From UHGV virus genome UHGV-1455077: 64,000 bases of DNA; one strand, 5' to 3'. Below the pieces are notes generated by a model. The model did not search any database. It was not told the DNA's origin and worked only from the letters and a program-made list of their open reading frames with translations. The translations under genes were made by a program, and so were the position numbers. Below, in pieces: positions 9,513 through 19,129 of the stretch; within the stretch, counting starts at the first letter, position 1; every line of letters starts with the position of its first letter. Source of the stretch: a virus.

Positions 9513-12488
9513 TTAAACCAATGTCAAAAATCCACCTAAATCATCATCAATAGTTTGAATAGCTGATTTCATTGATAAATTCCAATTTAATGAACCAAAA
9601 ATTGAATCCATTGTTGTATCAACAATTGTATCAGACATATCTGCTTCATCAAATGGTAACTTTGCAAACCATTCTGGAACATCTGACAAATCTCTTGGAT
9701 AAGCAATTGAAGTCATATTAAATGGATTATTTTTTTTCAATTTACAAACAACAATTTTATTTCCATCCAAAATTCTTGTTGTAGATGTATCGCCATTAAT
9801 TTCTAACATACGATTATAATTAATAGATGCCATAACGTGTCCTGGAACTCTTGCTTTTGGATTTTGACGATATTCTTCTGTATATTTGGTTAAACCATTA
9901 ACAGCTTTTGGTGTTCCTTTTTCCCAAGGTTGTAATGTATTCCATTCATCATTATAAAATGATTTAATAATATCAATTAATTCTTCTTTTTTACCAACCG
10001 ATAATAAAGATTCCATCATTTTCTTTAATAATTTTCTAACAATCATTGGAGTATCAGAACGTTGAATTTGTAAACCTTTAATTTTTAATTTTCCTGCTTT
10101 TCCGTGAACATCATAACGTTCTCCCTCATTATCAAATACCATTAAAGCATAACGTTTTTTTGAAACATACAATCCACGAGTTGCAACAATTTCTCGTGCG
10201 GCTTTAATGATTTTTGCATTTTCATCTGTAACGTGAAAAATGCTTTTTACGTGTTCAGCATAGGAACTGTCCACTTGTTGAGAAATCTCATCTACATATT
10301 TCATAACATTTTCTTTAGTAAAAACAAAATCAGGATGTTTTTCTTTAAATTCAGGTCTTGACAATGCAAAATATGTTGAATCAGTATCACCATAAACAAC
10401 AATACCGCCTGTATGCTTATATGTTCCAACTGCAATTTCATTTAATTTACTTGCCATATGTTGAACAATTTTTCTACCAGAAGCAGTTGTTGATGCTCCT
10501 AATCTAAAATCATAAAAAATTGAACCTGTATTCAACAATGCACCATATGATGAATTTAAATTAATTTTTCTTAAATATTGTTCCAAATCCCAATAATCTT
10601 CTTTTTCTTTATAATAATCTTTATGAATAGGCTCAATAATATTATCATTAAGAATTAAATTATATTCTTCCATATAATTTTGTATTCCATCATAATCACA
10701 ATTATCAATTAAAGTTTTTAATTCTTTTAAATCATATTCCTTAAAATCATATTCAGGTTCATACGGTTTAATATGTTGTTTAATATCATCCGAAACTTTA
10801 ATACCATCTTTTAAATTACGATACATTTTAGATTTAGCTTTCATTGATTTTCTATCCGCATACCATTCAGATAGAATTTTAGCAACTAATCCTTGCTTAT
10901 CCGTTCTAAAAAGAGTTCCAAATGCAGAAATGCATAAATTGCTTCCTTCTTCAAATACCAAATTATAAATCTCTTTAGCTGTCATTTCAGCCGTTTCACC
11001 AGTTTCTAACTGTAACTCTAAAATATCATCCGTTTGATTCATAATTTTTTGGTATTCAAGAGTACCAAACATTTCATCTCCGCCCCAAGCTTCACCCCAA
11101 GATGGAATTCTTTCACCTTTTTTAAACCATAAATTATCTTCTTCAATCTTTTTCCATAAATAAGGCATCGTATAAGTTAATTTAACTTGAGCCACAATTG
11201 TTTCAGGACTCATATTTAAACAACGAATAGTTGATGGATAAAGTGAATTTAAATCTGTATCAGAAATCCATTCGTGCATACCAACTACTGGGTCTTGAAC
11301 AAATGCACCAGGAGGTCTAATACCTTTCCATTCATCACCTTTTCCTTCAACTCTATCGGGAATATATAATCCAGAATCGTGGGCATTATTAATAACAGCT
11401 TGGTCAAACCAAGCAACTGTACCCATTGTTGCTTCTAAAGTTACTAAAATTGAATGTGCTTGTCTATTATGAATATTAATATAATTTAATTTTTTATCTA
11501 AACGAGCCAACAAATCAGTATCTTGACGGTTATATCTTAAAAATAATTCATAATCATCAAAATACAGTCTTGTTAAAGTTCCTTCATATTTAACTTTTCT
11601 ATCACCTAATTCTTCATAAGAAATATTATCCAACGAATATGATTCGTGTTCATTTGGAGTATGTTTTTTATACAATTCCAAATAATCAACTACCCATTTA
11701 CCAACAAATGAATAATTTTTTACAACACGACCATAAGTTTCAACTTCTTTACAAATTGGCTCTTGTTTCCATAAACAGTAATCTTTAATTTTTTCTTTTC
11801 CTAAAACTTTTATTGTTCTTCCAATAATATAAGGAATATCAAAAAAATCAGAGTTCCAACCAGATATTACATCAGCATCATCAAAAAATCGTATCATCAA
11901 ATCAATCAATTGTTTTTCATCTTGACACAAATAGGTATCACCAATACTATCACAAATTTTTTGAGCTTCTTCCCAAGATAAAGTATCAGGTTTAATTGTT
12001 AATGTAATTGTTTTATCAATCCAATCTAAGTAAATTGACACAGCATTAATTGCACACGGAGTTTCAGCTACCAACGTATTAATATCCCCAGATACTGCTG
12101 GGTCATAGTCAACTTCAATATCAAAAAATGCTTTATGTAATTTTGGTTCTTGACAGTTTTTATAATTCTGATATAAAACTTTATGTACCAAATTAAAATT
12201 CATCTCATATGTACGAACACCCGATTCTTTACATTGTTTCTTATGAGTATAAAATTCATTATATTTTCTTAATGTTATTTTCTTCAAACGTTGACCATCA
12301 ATTCCCATATCATATCCATTTTCATCAGGAACTAAATACTCATAAATTAATGGATAAGTTGTTGTTACTCGCTCACCATTAATACGTTCAGAAACAAATA
12401 GTAAATTATTTTGTCTATCTAAATAAGTGCCTACATACATATAATTATCCTCTCTTAAATTACCATCATAATATAACTTAAGATACAA
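9513..12488 (-). CDS. DNA polymerase, family B (T4 gp43-like), 991 aa
   Basis: Exo I motif FDIEVD; polymerase motif C YGDTDS; Pol B motif A/B-like regions; size consistent with gp43. Confidence 0.9.
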   Translation of the reverse strand: MYLKLYYDGNLREDNYMYVGTYLDRQNNLLFVSERINGERVTTTYPLIYEYLVPDENGYDMGIDGQRLKKITLRKYNEFYTHKKQCKESGVRTYEMNFNLVHKVLYQNYKNCQEPKLHKAFFDIEVDYDPAVSGDINTLVAETPCAINAVSIYLDWIDKTITLTIKPDTLSWEEAQKICDSIGDTYLCQDEKQLIDLMIRFFDDADVISGWNSDFFDIPYIIGRTIKVLGKEKIKDYCLWKQEPICKEVETYGRVVKNYSFVGKWVVDYLELYKKHTPNEHESYSLDNISYEELGDRKVKYEGTLTRLYFDDYELFLRYNRQDTDLLARLDKKLNYINIHNRQAHSILVTLEATMGTVAWFDQAVINNAHDSGLYIPDRVEGKGDEWKGIRPPGAFVQDPVVGMHEWISDTDLNSLYPSTIRCLNMSPETIVAQVKLTYTMPYLWKKIEEDNLWFKKGERIPSWGEAWGGDEMFGTLEYQKIMNQTDDILELQLETGETAEMTAKEIYNLVFEEGSNLCISAFGTLFRTDKQGLVAKILSEWYADRKSMKAKSKMYRNLKDGIKVSDDIKQHIKPYEPEYDFKEYDLKELKTLIDNCDYDGIQNYMEEYNLILNDNIIEPIHKDYYKEKEDYWDLEQYLRKINLNSSYGALLNTGSIFYDFRLGASTTASGRKIVQHMASKLNEIAVGTYKHTGGIVVYGDTDSTYFALSRPEFKEKHPDFVFTKENVMKYVDEISQQVDSSYAEHVKSIFHVTDENAKIIKAAREIVATRGLYVSKKRYALMVFDNEGERYDVHGKAGKLKIKGLQIQRSDTPMIVRKLLKKMMESLLSVGKKEELIDIIKSFYNDEWNTLQPWEKGTPKAVNGLTKYTEEYRQNPKARVPGHVMASINYNRMLEINGDTSTTRILDGNKIVVCKLKKNNPFNMTSIAYPRDLSDVPEWFAKLPFDEADMSDTIVDTTMDSIFGSLNWNLSMKSAIQTIDDDLGGFLTLV

Positions 12489-12499
12489 TAATTTTCAAT

Positions 12500-12715
12500 T
12501 TAAAATTCTCCACCATCTATTTTTAATTCAGTTGAATCATTTGATATTGAAGAATTTGAAAAATGTTTTTCAGTTAATTCAGACATTATTTCAAAAATAA
12601 TATAACCCAAATCATCAATTTCCTGTAAAGAAAATTTAACTTCTTTTACTCTTTGTTTTTTAGCTTCTAATAACTTTTTATTAAAATTTTTTAATACAAA
12701 ATCTCGGCTTATCAT
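12500..12715 (-). CDS. hypothetical small protein (71 aa)
   Basis: ORF in compact minus-strand operon with overlapping start/stop. Confidence 0.35.
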   Translation of the reverse strand: MISRDFVLKNFNKKLLEAKKQRVKEVKFSLQEIDDLGYIIFEIMSELTEKHFSNSSISNDSTELKIDGGEF

Positions 12716-12945
12716 TTTCCTTCCTTAGTTGTAAATAATTCTTCAAATTTTATTTTAGATTTCCCAATATAAGTGCAGTTTTCTAAAATATACTTAGTTT
12801 CCAAATATCTCGTTTGATTATTATCATACAATACATCAAATGGTTTGTACACAGCATAATCTGTATCTTTTATCATATCATAAATAAAAAAACGTCTGTT
12901 TTTATTATTATCATACCACACTTCATTAACTTTTGGCTTTTTCAT
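12712..12945 (-). CDS. hypothetical small protein (77 aa)
   Basis: ORF with ATGA-type overlap to neighbours. Confidence 0.35.
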   Translation of the reverse strand: MKKPKVNEVWYDNNKNRRFFIYDMIKDTDYAVYKPFDVLYDNNQTRYLETKYILENCTYIGKSKIKFEELFTTKEGK

Positions 12946-13350
12946 TTAATTTTCTCCTTCATCACATAATGAATACCACATACTTGGTTCTTCATTGTTG
13001 AAAATAAGTTCTCTAATTAAATTAAAAACTTCTTTTTTAAATTTTTTTGAAATAACTTTTCCATCATAAAAAATATTATATTTTTTATAATTTACAAATT
13101 TAAGTGAACCATAAGGCAAAAAATCATAACTAAAAACAATTGTAAAAGTCGTTTTTTTATTAAGTTGAAATATAATATGGCGAATAGGGTAACTCCTTGA
13201 TGGAAACACATCATCATAAAATTTTACAATTTTATTAAAAGAATCATAATTGTTATAAATTTCAATTTTTAATTTATTAACTTGCTCTTTTTCATTTAAA
13301 TATTTCTTATAACAATTTTTTAAAAAATGTTTCATAAACCAAATTTTCAT
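12946..13350 (-). CDS. hypothetical protein (134 aa)
   Basis: ORF, no motif. Confidence 0.4.
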   Translation of the reverse strand: MKIWFMKHFLKNCYKKYLNEKEQVNKLKIEIYNNYDSFNKIVKFYDDVFPSRSYPIRHIIFQLNKKTTFTIVFSYDFLPYGSLKFVNYKKYNIFYDGKVISKKFKKEVFNLIRELIFNNEEPSMWYSLCDEGEN

Positions 13351-13652
13351 TATTTTACTCCAAACTTTTTTGGGTCATCATATTTTTGAATTATTGTTCC
13401 ATCATTACAAATAACATAATCTATTATATAATATGTAATAGAATTACACATTCTAACACAACCTCTATCTTCATATTCTGTATAGGATTTAATTAAAAAG
13501 CTTTTAGCCCCACCAAAACTATCACATTTTTCCTCTATTTGTTTAATATCACTATTATTTAATGGAGCAGAAGATGAATAATCATCGCACGCAAATAATA
13601 AAATTGTACTTAATATAATTAACATTATTTTATGAATATTTAAAAATTTCAT
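13350..13652 (-). CDS. putative lipoprotein (100 aa)
   Basis: N-terminal hydrophobic signal followed by lipobox LFAC; Cys-containing mature part. Confidence 0.45.
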   Translation of the reverse strand: MKFLNIHKIMLIILSTILLFACDDYSSSAPLNNSDIKQIEEKCDSFGGAKSFLIKSYTEYEDRGCVRMCNSITYYIIDYVICNDGTIIQKYDDPKKFGVK

Positions 13653-13674
13653 TTCTATACTTCCTGTTTTTTAA

Positions 13675-13703
13675 CAAGGTTAAGGCATTATGCCTTAACC
13701 TTG
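13675..13703. repeat. perfect 29-nt palindrome (14+1+14) caaggttaaggcat-t-atgccttaaccttg overlapping RtcB stop, upstream of lipoprotein gene
   Basis: Read directly; same 14-1-14 geometry as the palindromes upstream of the three paralog genes but different sequence. Confidence 0.5.
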
Positions 13704-14906
13704 TGCTTTAAAGTTATAAATTGGAATGATACGGTCAACAATATCAACAGTTTCACCAATTGCATCAATAATAACATTCATATCTTTATATGCCATTGGA
13801 GATTCATCTAAAGTTGATTCTGATACACACGAAGACCAAACATCTACCATCTTATCTTGAAATTCTTCAATTGATAAAATAGACTTTGCTTTTCCTCGTG
13901 AAAGAACTCGTCCTGCACCGTGCGGTGCAGATTGATTCCATTCATCATTTCCTTTACCAACACCAACTATTGAACCATCTTTCATATTTAATGGAATAAT
14001 TACTCGTTCTCCCTTTTTCGCAGAAATAGCACCTTTACGAATAATCATTTCCCGATTACCAAGAAATTCAATATAATTATGATGAGTAAAAATTGAATCA
14101 ACAACATTCCAACCCATATGTGAACATATTTCGTGAACAATAACCTTATGATTTACAGTTGCAAATTCTTCAGCTACCTTCATATGCTCAACATACAAAT
14201 CTAAATCTTCACCATCCAAATAACGTAATTCTGGTGGCAATTTGTTAACTTCAATATGATTTTGCAACCATTCCTGACGTTCCTTTGGTGGAATTTGTGA
14301 TAAAGCATATGCTCTTTTTGCATCAAGACGCTCTTGATGAATTCTAATCGCTTTATCTTGATGAAAATCACAAATCTTCTTTCCAAAATTTCTTGAACCA
14401 CAATGAACAGAAAGCCATAAATAACCATCTTTATCTTTGTTTATTTCCAAGAAGTGATTACCACCACCCAAAGTTCCAATTGATTTTAAGTGACGATTAT
14501 ATCCATTTTCATCACCAATTTCCTTGCAAACCTTTTCAATTTTAGCTTTTAATTCATTGGTAACTAACTTGGAAACAGTTGAGCGAATAGACATTCCTGA
14601 TGGAACATACTTACGAATAACATTATCCAATTGCTCAAAATCAACTTCTTTAACATCAAGTTTATAAGTTGAAATAGAACAGGAAATATCAACACCAACC
14701 AAATTCGGAATGATTCTATCTTTAATTGATGCAGTAAATCCAACTACGCAACCTTTACCAGCGTGGCAATCAGGCATAATACGAATTTGTGAATCCTTAA
14801 ATATTTCTTGTGAACACAAAGTTACTAACTGTCCCACGCATTCTTCTTCAATCTGGTCAGTCATTACTACTGCTGAATTATATTTTCCTTTAATTTCTAA
14901 TTTCAT
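13695..14906 (-). CDS. rtcB: RtcB-family RNA 3'-phosphate/5'-OH ligase (403 aa)
   Basis: Conserved RtcB motifs: MPDCHAGKG, GGGNHF, HCGSRNFG, SAPHGAGR; length typical. Confidence 0.9.
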   Translation of the reverse strand: MKLEIKGKYNSAVVMTDQIEEECVGQLVTLCSQEIFKDSQIRIMPDCHAGKGCVVGFTASIKDRIIPNLVGVDISCSISTYKLDVKEVDFEQLDNVIRKYVPSGMSIRSTVSKLVTNELKAKIEKVCKEIGDENGYNRHLKSIGTLGGGNHFLEINKDKDGYLWLSVHCGSRNFGKKICDFHQDKAIRIHQERLDAKRAYALSQIPPKERQEWLQNHIEVNKLPPELRYLDGEDLDLYVEHMKVAEEFATVNHKVIVHEICSHMGWNVVDSIFTHHNYIEFLGNREMIIRKGAISAKKGERVIIPLNMKDGSIVGVGKGNDEWNQSAPHGAGRVLSRGKAKSILSIEEFQDKMVDVWSSCVSESTLDESPMAYKDMNVIIDAIGETVDIVDRIIPIYNFKAQG

Positions 14907-14947
14907 TTTTTATTTCCTTTGCTTAATAAAATAAAAACTATGATATA

Positions 14948-14975
14948 TAAATACCATAGTTTTTTCATTTGTCAA
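14948..14975 (-). promoter_or_regulatory. sigma70-like early promoter TTGACA-N16-TATTTA (minus strand) upstream of rtcB
   Basis: Exact TTGACA -35 and AT-rich -10 with 16-nt spacer, about 40 nt upstream of ATG. Confidence 0.35.
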
Positions 14976-14991
14976 GAGAGAAAATATATTT

Positions 14992-15336
14992 TTATTGTTT
15001 TTCTTCAAAAATATTCCTTAATCCTTGGCATCTTTGTCCATTATTCCAATAGTTATTAAAATTATCCTTAATAAATTTACCATCTTTTTTAGCTGATACT
15101 TGATAATCTGGTAAGTTTATTTCTTTTTCCCATAATTTACTTTCAATTTCATTTAATAATTTTACAAATTTTTTCTGCCATTTTGCTGGCATAGATTGTA
15201 AAACACTTCTTGGTAAAACTAAATAATGAGCATAAGATAATCCAAAGAAAGAATGTATAAAATCATCTTCATCATAATTTTTTATAAATTTTAATTTATT
15301 TGATATTAAATAATACATTCTTTTTAAAATATTCAT
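14992..15336 (-). CDS. hypothetical protein (114 aa)
   Basis: ORF abutting glyA stop. Confidence 0.45.
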   Translation of the reverse strand: MNILKRMYYLISNKLKFIKNYDEDDFIHSFFGLSYAHYLVLPRSVLQSMPAKWQKKFVKLLNEIESKLWEKEINLPDYQVSAKKDGKFIKDNFNNYWNNGQRCQGLRNIFEEKQ

Positions 15337-15338
15337 TT

Positions 15339-16766
15339 TTAATCCTTTTTATAAATTGGATGTTCTAAACAAAAATGTTCTACACCTTCTTTAATAAGCA
15401 TTAAAGCGGCTTCTTCATTTGTTAATTTTCTTCCTTCACAATTTTCAAAAGATTCTTTAATAAAATCAATTCCTTCATAATCATAATCACCTTCTAAAAT
15501 TTCAATAATATGAGCAATCTGATGAGCAATCCACGCACAATCATTTTCAGTTGCACCTCTTGTTGTTATTGCCGCTGTTCCCAATCTAATACCAGAAGTT
15601 TCAGATTTTGGTTTAGGGTCATCTTTAACAGCATTTTTATTAACAACAATTCCAACTTCAGATAATTTATCTTCAACTTGTTTACCTGAAATACCATATT
15701 TTCTTACATCAAGAAGAATCAAATGATTATCAGAACCACCAGAAACCATTGGAATTCGTCTTTCTTCAAAAACTTTTTCCATTGCTTTAATATTTTTAAG
15801 AATTTGTTCTTGATATTGTTTAAATTCTGGTGTTAATGCTTCTTCAAAACAAATTGCTTTACCAGCAATAATATGTTCAAGAGGGCCTCCTTGAATGCCA
15901 GGAAATACGGCTTTATCAATTTTTTTACCTAATTCTTCGTTATTTGAAATAATAATACCACCACGAGTACCACGTAGAGTTTTATGAGTAGTTGAAGTAA
16001 CAACATCTGCATAAAGAAGTGGAGATGGATGTAAACCAGTTGCAACTAATCCTGCAATATGAGCCATATCAACCATTAAATAACAATAAGTATTATTATA
16101 TATTGATGAAATTAACTCATTTGTTACATCAATTGTTTTTCCATAAAATCTTACAGTATTATTCACAAAACCTGGATTTTCCACTACGGAGTGAATAATA
16201 TAATCTTTTAAGTCTTTATTATATTTGTCAACAATTTCTCGAATTCTTTTAAAATCAATAATTCTTGAATATGCAGATGCACCAACAATTAAAATTCTTG
16301 GAAAATGTTGATAAAGTTTTTCTTTAATTTCGTCATAATTAATAATACCATCTTCATCTAAACCATACGAAACTGCATTATATAATTTACCTGATGCAGA
16401 TACTTTACTTCCGTGTGTTAGATGACCCCCTGCATCCAATGACATACCTAAAATTGTATCATCTGGTTTACATAAAGCTAAATAAACAGCCTGATTTGCT
16501 TGTGAACCTGAATGAGGTTGAACATTAGCCCATTTACAATTAAATAATTCTTTACATTTATCAATTGCATATTGTTCAATTTCATCAACATATCGGCAAC
16601 CACCATAATATCGTTTATTTGGATAACCTTCGGCATATTTGTTTGTTAAAATTGAACCAACTACGTTCATAATATCTTTTGATACATAATTTTCAGAAGC
16701 AATCAAACAAATTTCTTCTTCTTGTCTTCTTCTTTCTTTTTCAATAATATCAAATACTTTATTCAT
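15339..16766 (-). CDS. glyA: serine hydroxymethyltransferase (475 aa)
   Basis: PLP-lysine motif [12 protein letters not shown]; conserved SHMT blocks (GSxANxAV, HLTHG). Confidence 0.9.
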   Translation of the reverse strand: MNKVFDIIEKERRRQEEEICLIASENYVSKDIMNVVGSILTNKYAEGYPNKRYYGGCRYVDEIEQYAIDKCKELFNCKWANVQPHSGSQANQAVYLALCKPDDTILGMSLDAGGHLTHGSKVSASGKLYNAVSYGLDEDGIINYDEIKEKLYQHFPRILIVGASAYSRIIDFKRIREIVDKYNKDLKDYIIHSVVENPGFVNNTVRFYGKTIDVTNELISSIYNNTYCYLMVDMAHIAGLVATGLHPSPLLYADVVTSTTHKTLRGTRGGIIISNNEELGKKIDKAVFPGIQGGPLEHIIAGKAICFEEALTPEFKQYQEQILKNIKAMEKVFEERRIPMVSGGSDNHLILLDVRKYGISGKQVEDKLSEVGIVVNKNAVKDDPKPKSETSGIRLGTAAITTRGATENDCAWIAHQIAHIIEILEGDYDYEGIDFIKESFENCEGRKLTNEEAALMLIKEGVEHFCLEHPIYKKD

Positions 16767-16986
16767 CTTTAATATAATATCCTTTACTCATTTCTGAATT
16801 AATTGACATTTTTACTTTATATTGAGAAACAAAATCTTCAACTCTTGAAATAATATTTTTCTCATCAATTAAATCTGTATTGATAGGTAATACTAATTCT
16901 TTATCACCCATTGTCAATTTTATTTCAGTTGCATTAAATACTTTATCATTTGTTCTCCAAGGTATATTTTGTATTTCAATTTTCAT
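16759..16986 (-). CDS. hypothetical small protein (75 aa)
   Basis: ORF overlapping glyA start by 8 nt. Confidence 0.4.
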   Translation of the reverse strand: MKIEIQNIPWRTNDKVFNATEIKLTMGDKELVLPINTDLIDEKNIISRVEDFVSQYKVKMSINSEMSKGYYIKDE

Positions 16987-17163
16987 TAATTTTCCTCATC
17001 AAAATTTTTCATCAATTTCTTTAATTCTTTTAAATTAATTCGGCGTGTATCAATAGGTAACGTTATTGAAATATCATAAACATCAATGGTTAAATCCAAT
17101 CCTTGAATTGTTTCACCATTTTCTTCAAAATTGACTTCTTCAATTTCATAAATATCACTCATA
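16986..17163 (-). CDS. small acidic ORF (58 aa, below ORF-track cutoff)
   Basis: Own translation: MSDIYEIEEVNFEENGETIQGLDL...; start/stop couple to neighbours. Confidence 0.3.
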
Positions 17164-17172
17164 TATACCTCA

Positions 17173-17421
17173 TTAATTACAATAATTTTTATGATTTGTT
17201 CTATAACAAGTTGATTTTGCCTTATAAGGTCTTCTTTCCAAGGTTACTTCCTTATATGTTTTTGGTTCATAAACTGTTCTATAAGTTGTATTACGATAAA
17301 TTACTTCAACTGGTTGAGATACTGTGTATGATTGTTCTCGACCATAATAACAATTATCACACATTGATGAACAAGCAGTTAATGCCAACACCAAACTAAA
17401 AATAGATAACAATTTCTTCAT
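17173..17421 (-). CDS. putative lipoprotein (82 aa)
   Basis: Signal peptide with lipobox LTAC; Cys/Tyr-rich mature peptide. Confidence 0.4.
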   Translation of the reverse strand: MKKLLSIFSLVLALTACSSMCDNCYYGREQSYTVSQPVEVIYRNTTYRTVYEPKTYKEVTLERRPYKAKSTCYRTNHKNYCN

Positions 17422-17422
17422 A

Positions 17423-17665
17423 TTATTCTCCTTCTTTAACTTCTTCTACTTCTTCTGTTTTTGGCATTGTTCTATCTAAAAATGAAAACAAAAATAATGT
17501 TCCTTTTTCCAATGTTTCTGGACGAGAAGTATGTTTTCTAAAACCTTTTGTATAATGATTCCAACCTTTTCCTTCTACAAAATTATAGCAACGACCACTA
17601 TCTTTACGTTTTTGAACAACTTTTTTATGTTCAAGTTTCATACGATAAGTTTTTAATTTACCCAT
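17423..17665 (-). CDS. hypothetical basic small protein (80 aa)
   Basis: ORF, lysine/arginine-rich. Confidence 0.35.
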   Translation of the reverse strand: MGKLKTYRMKLEHKKVVQKRKDSGRCYNFVEGKGWNHYTKGFRKHTSRPETLEKGTLFLFSFLDRTMPKTEEVEEVKEGE

Positions 17666-17714
17666 TTATTTTTCTCCTAAAATATTTTTAATAATTGTAA
17701 CATACTATTTTAAT

Positions 17715-17966
17715 TTAATCAATTATATCAGCCAAAATCATTTGTAATCTTTTATATTGGCTCTCATATAAAAACATTGAACCGTCTTCTTGCCAATATT
17801 CTTTTACCCATTTTTTTAATTTTTTTATTAAATCTTTATCGGATTGATTAACTAATTTTCTAACATTAATTGATGTCAATTCATCTAAAAATTGTTGTGG
17901 ATTTTCATAATATTCAATGACTTTCATTCTTTCCATAAATATATCCTTTTTATGGAAATATATCAT
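17715..17966 (-). CDS. hypothetical small protein (83 aa)
   Basis: ORF. Confidence 0.35.
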   Translation of the reverse strand: MIYFHKKDIFMERMKVIEYYENPQQFLDELTSINVRKLVNQSDKDLIKKLKKWVKEYWQEDGSMFLYESQYKRLQMILADIID

Positions 17967-17990
17967 TACATTTTTAAATTGTCAATAAAT

Positions 17991-19118
17991 TTACGATATT
18001 GATACTAAAAATAATGTATCATCATACGGAGTATTTTCTAATTCATTTGGTATATCAGGCATTATTTCAAAATCTAAATCATACTTATCTTTACATTGTA
18101 AATACATTAAAATTATCGTTAATGATGCTGTAATTAAATCATCGTGTCCTGAACCATTTGCTGAATATGATGTTGCCATCACAGATTTATTAGAAAAATT
18201 AGATAGTTCTGTTAAATAATCACGAGAAAAAATGTGAAATCTATTTGTTTCAAATAAAATTTTTAATTGTGAACAAGCTTTAGGTTTTGTAATTTTAGTA
18301 GTTGTAAACCCTTTTCTTTTATTACCAATTTCATTTATTAAAGTTGCTCTTTTAATATATGGTTGACCATATTGACTATCTTCAATTTGCTTTAATGCAC
18401 ATAAAAAACCTTCTGCTGACCCATTATTTTCTAAAGACCAATAAATTTCAGGATGCTTATTCCCTTTTTCTTTAATATTAATATACATCCAATCAGTTAA
18501 AACTTTCATTTTTTCAATTTGGTCATTTTGATTTAATTTATCAGATTTCCATTCAGCAACCTGTATAAATCCTGGAAATTCAAAAACTTGAATTGCCGCA
18601 AAATCTCCTGATAAACCCATAGATGTATCAATAGCAACCAAATATTTTTTCCAAGGTTTTAAATCTTGATAAAAACGTATATCTTCATCAACAACAAATT
18701 TATATGTAATTTTATTATTATCAATTTCTAAAATTTTTTGGCGTAAAATCATTGAATCAATTAAAGAATTTGATTTACCAATAAATTCACAATTATGAAC
18801 TAAAATATCATTAGCAAAAAATCTATTTCCATCTGAAACATTTAAAATATCATAAACATCTGTAACTTCACCTTGTTGAATATCTTTTATTTGTTCCAAA
18901 CCATTTTTTGTTAATATCCAATCATCAATTTTTAATTTATTTGCTTCTATACAAGTATATAAATCAATATATATATTATGGTCAGCGGTACAATTAATAA
19001 TATTACCGTTTTTTAATATAATATTTAATGTGGGCATTGATGGTATTTTTTTAATACCATCAAATTCTGCCCACCCATCTGGCGTTAAAATTTTATATTT
19101 TTTATTATTTTTTATCAT
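17991..19118 (-). CDS. terminase large subunit, C-terminal half: 109-aa C-intein fragment (18792..19118) fused to nuclease domain C-extein
   Basis: N-terminal 109 aa contain intein block B (CTADH) and terminal ...DILVHN followed by +1 Cys (codon 18789..18791); C-extein CEFIGKSNSLIDS... and LVAIDTSMGLSGDFAAIQVF match the gp17 RNaseH-like nuclease domain. Confidence 0.8.
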   Translation of the reverse strand: MIKNNKKYKILTPDGWAEFDGIKKIPSMPTLNIILKNGNIINCTADHNIYIDLYTCIEANKLKIDDWILTKNGLEQIKDIQQGEVTDVYDILNVSDGNRFFANDILVHNCEFIGKSNSLIDSMILRQKILEIDNNKITYKFVVDEDIRFYQDLKPWKKYLVAIDTSMGLSGDFAAIQVFEFPGFIQVAEWKSDKLNQNDQIEKMKVLTDWMYINIKEKGNKHPEIYWSLENNGSAEGFLCALKQIEDSQYGQPYIKRATLINEIGNKRKGFTTTKITKPKACSQLKILFETNRFHIFSRDYLTELSNFSNKSVMATSYSANGSGHDDLITASLTIILMYLQCKDKYDLDFEIMPDIPNELENTPYDDTLFLVSIS

Positions 19119-19129
19119 TACTTTATTTA

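Noticed and set aside
13675-13703. Palindrome at the rtcB 3' end as a rho-independent terminator
   Set aside because: Neither strand has a clear U-run after the stem. It is kept as a palindromic element or possible regulatory hairpin rather than called a terminator.
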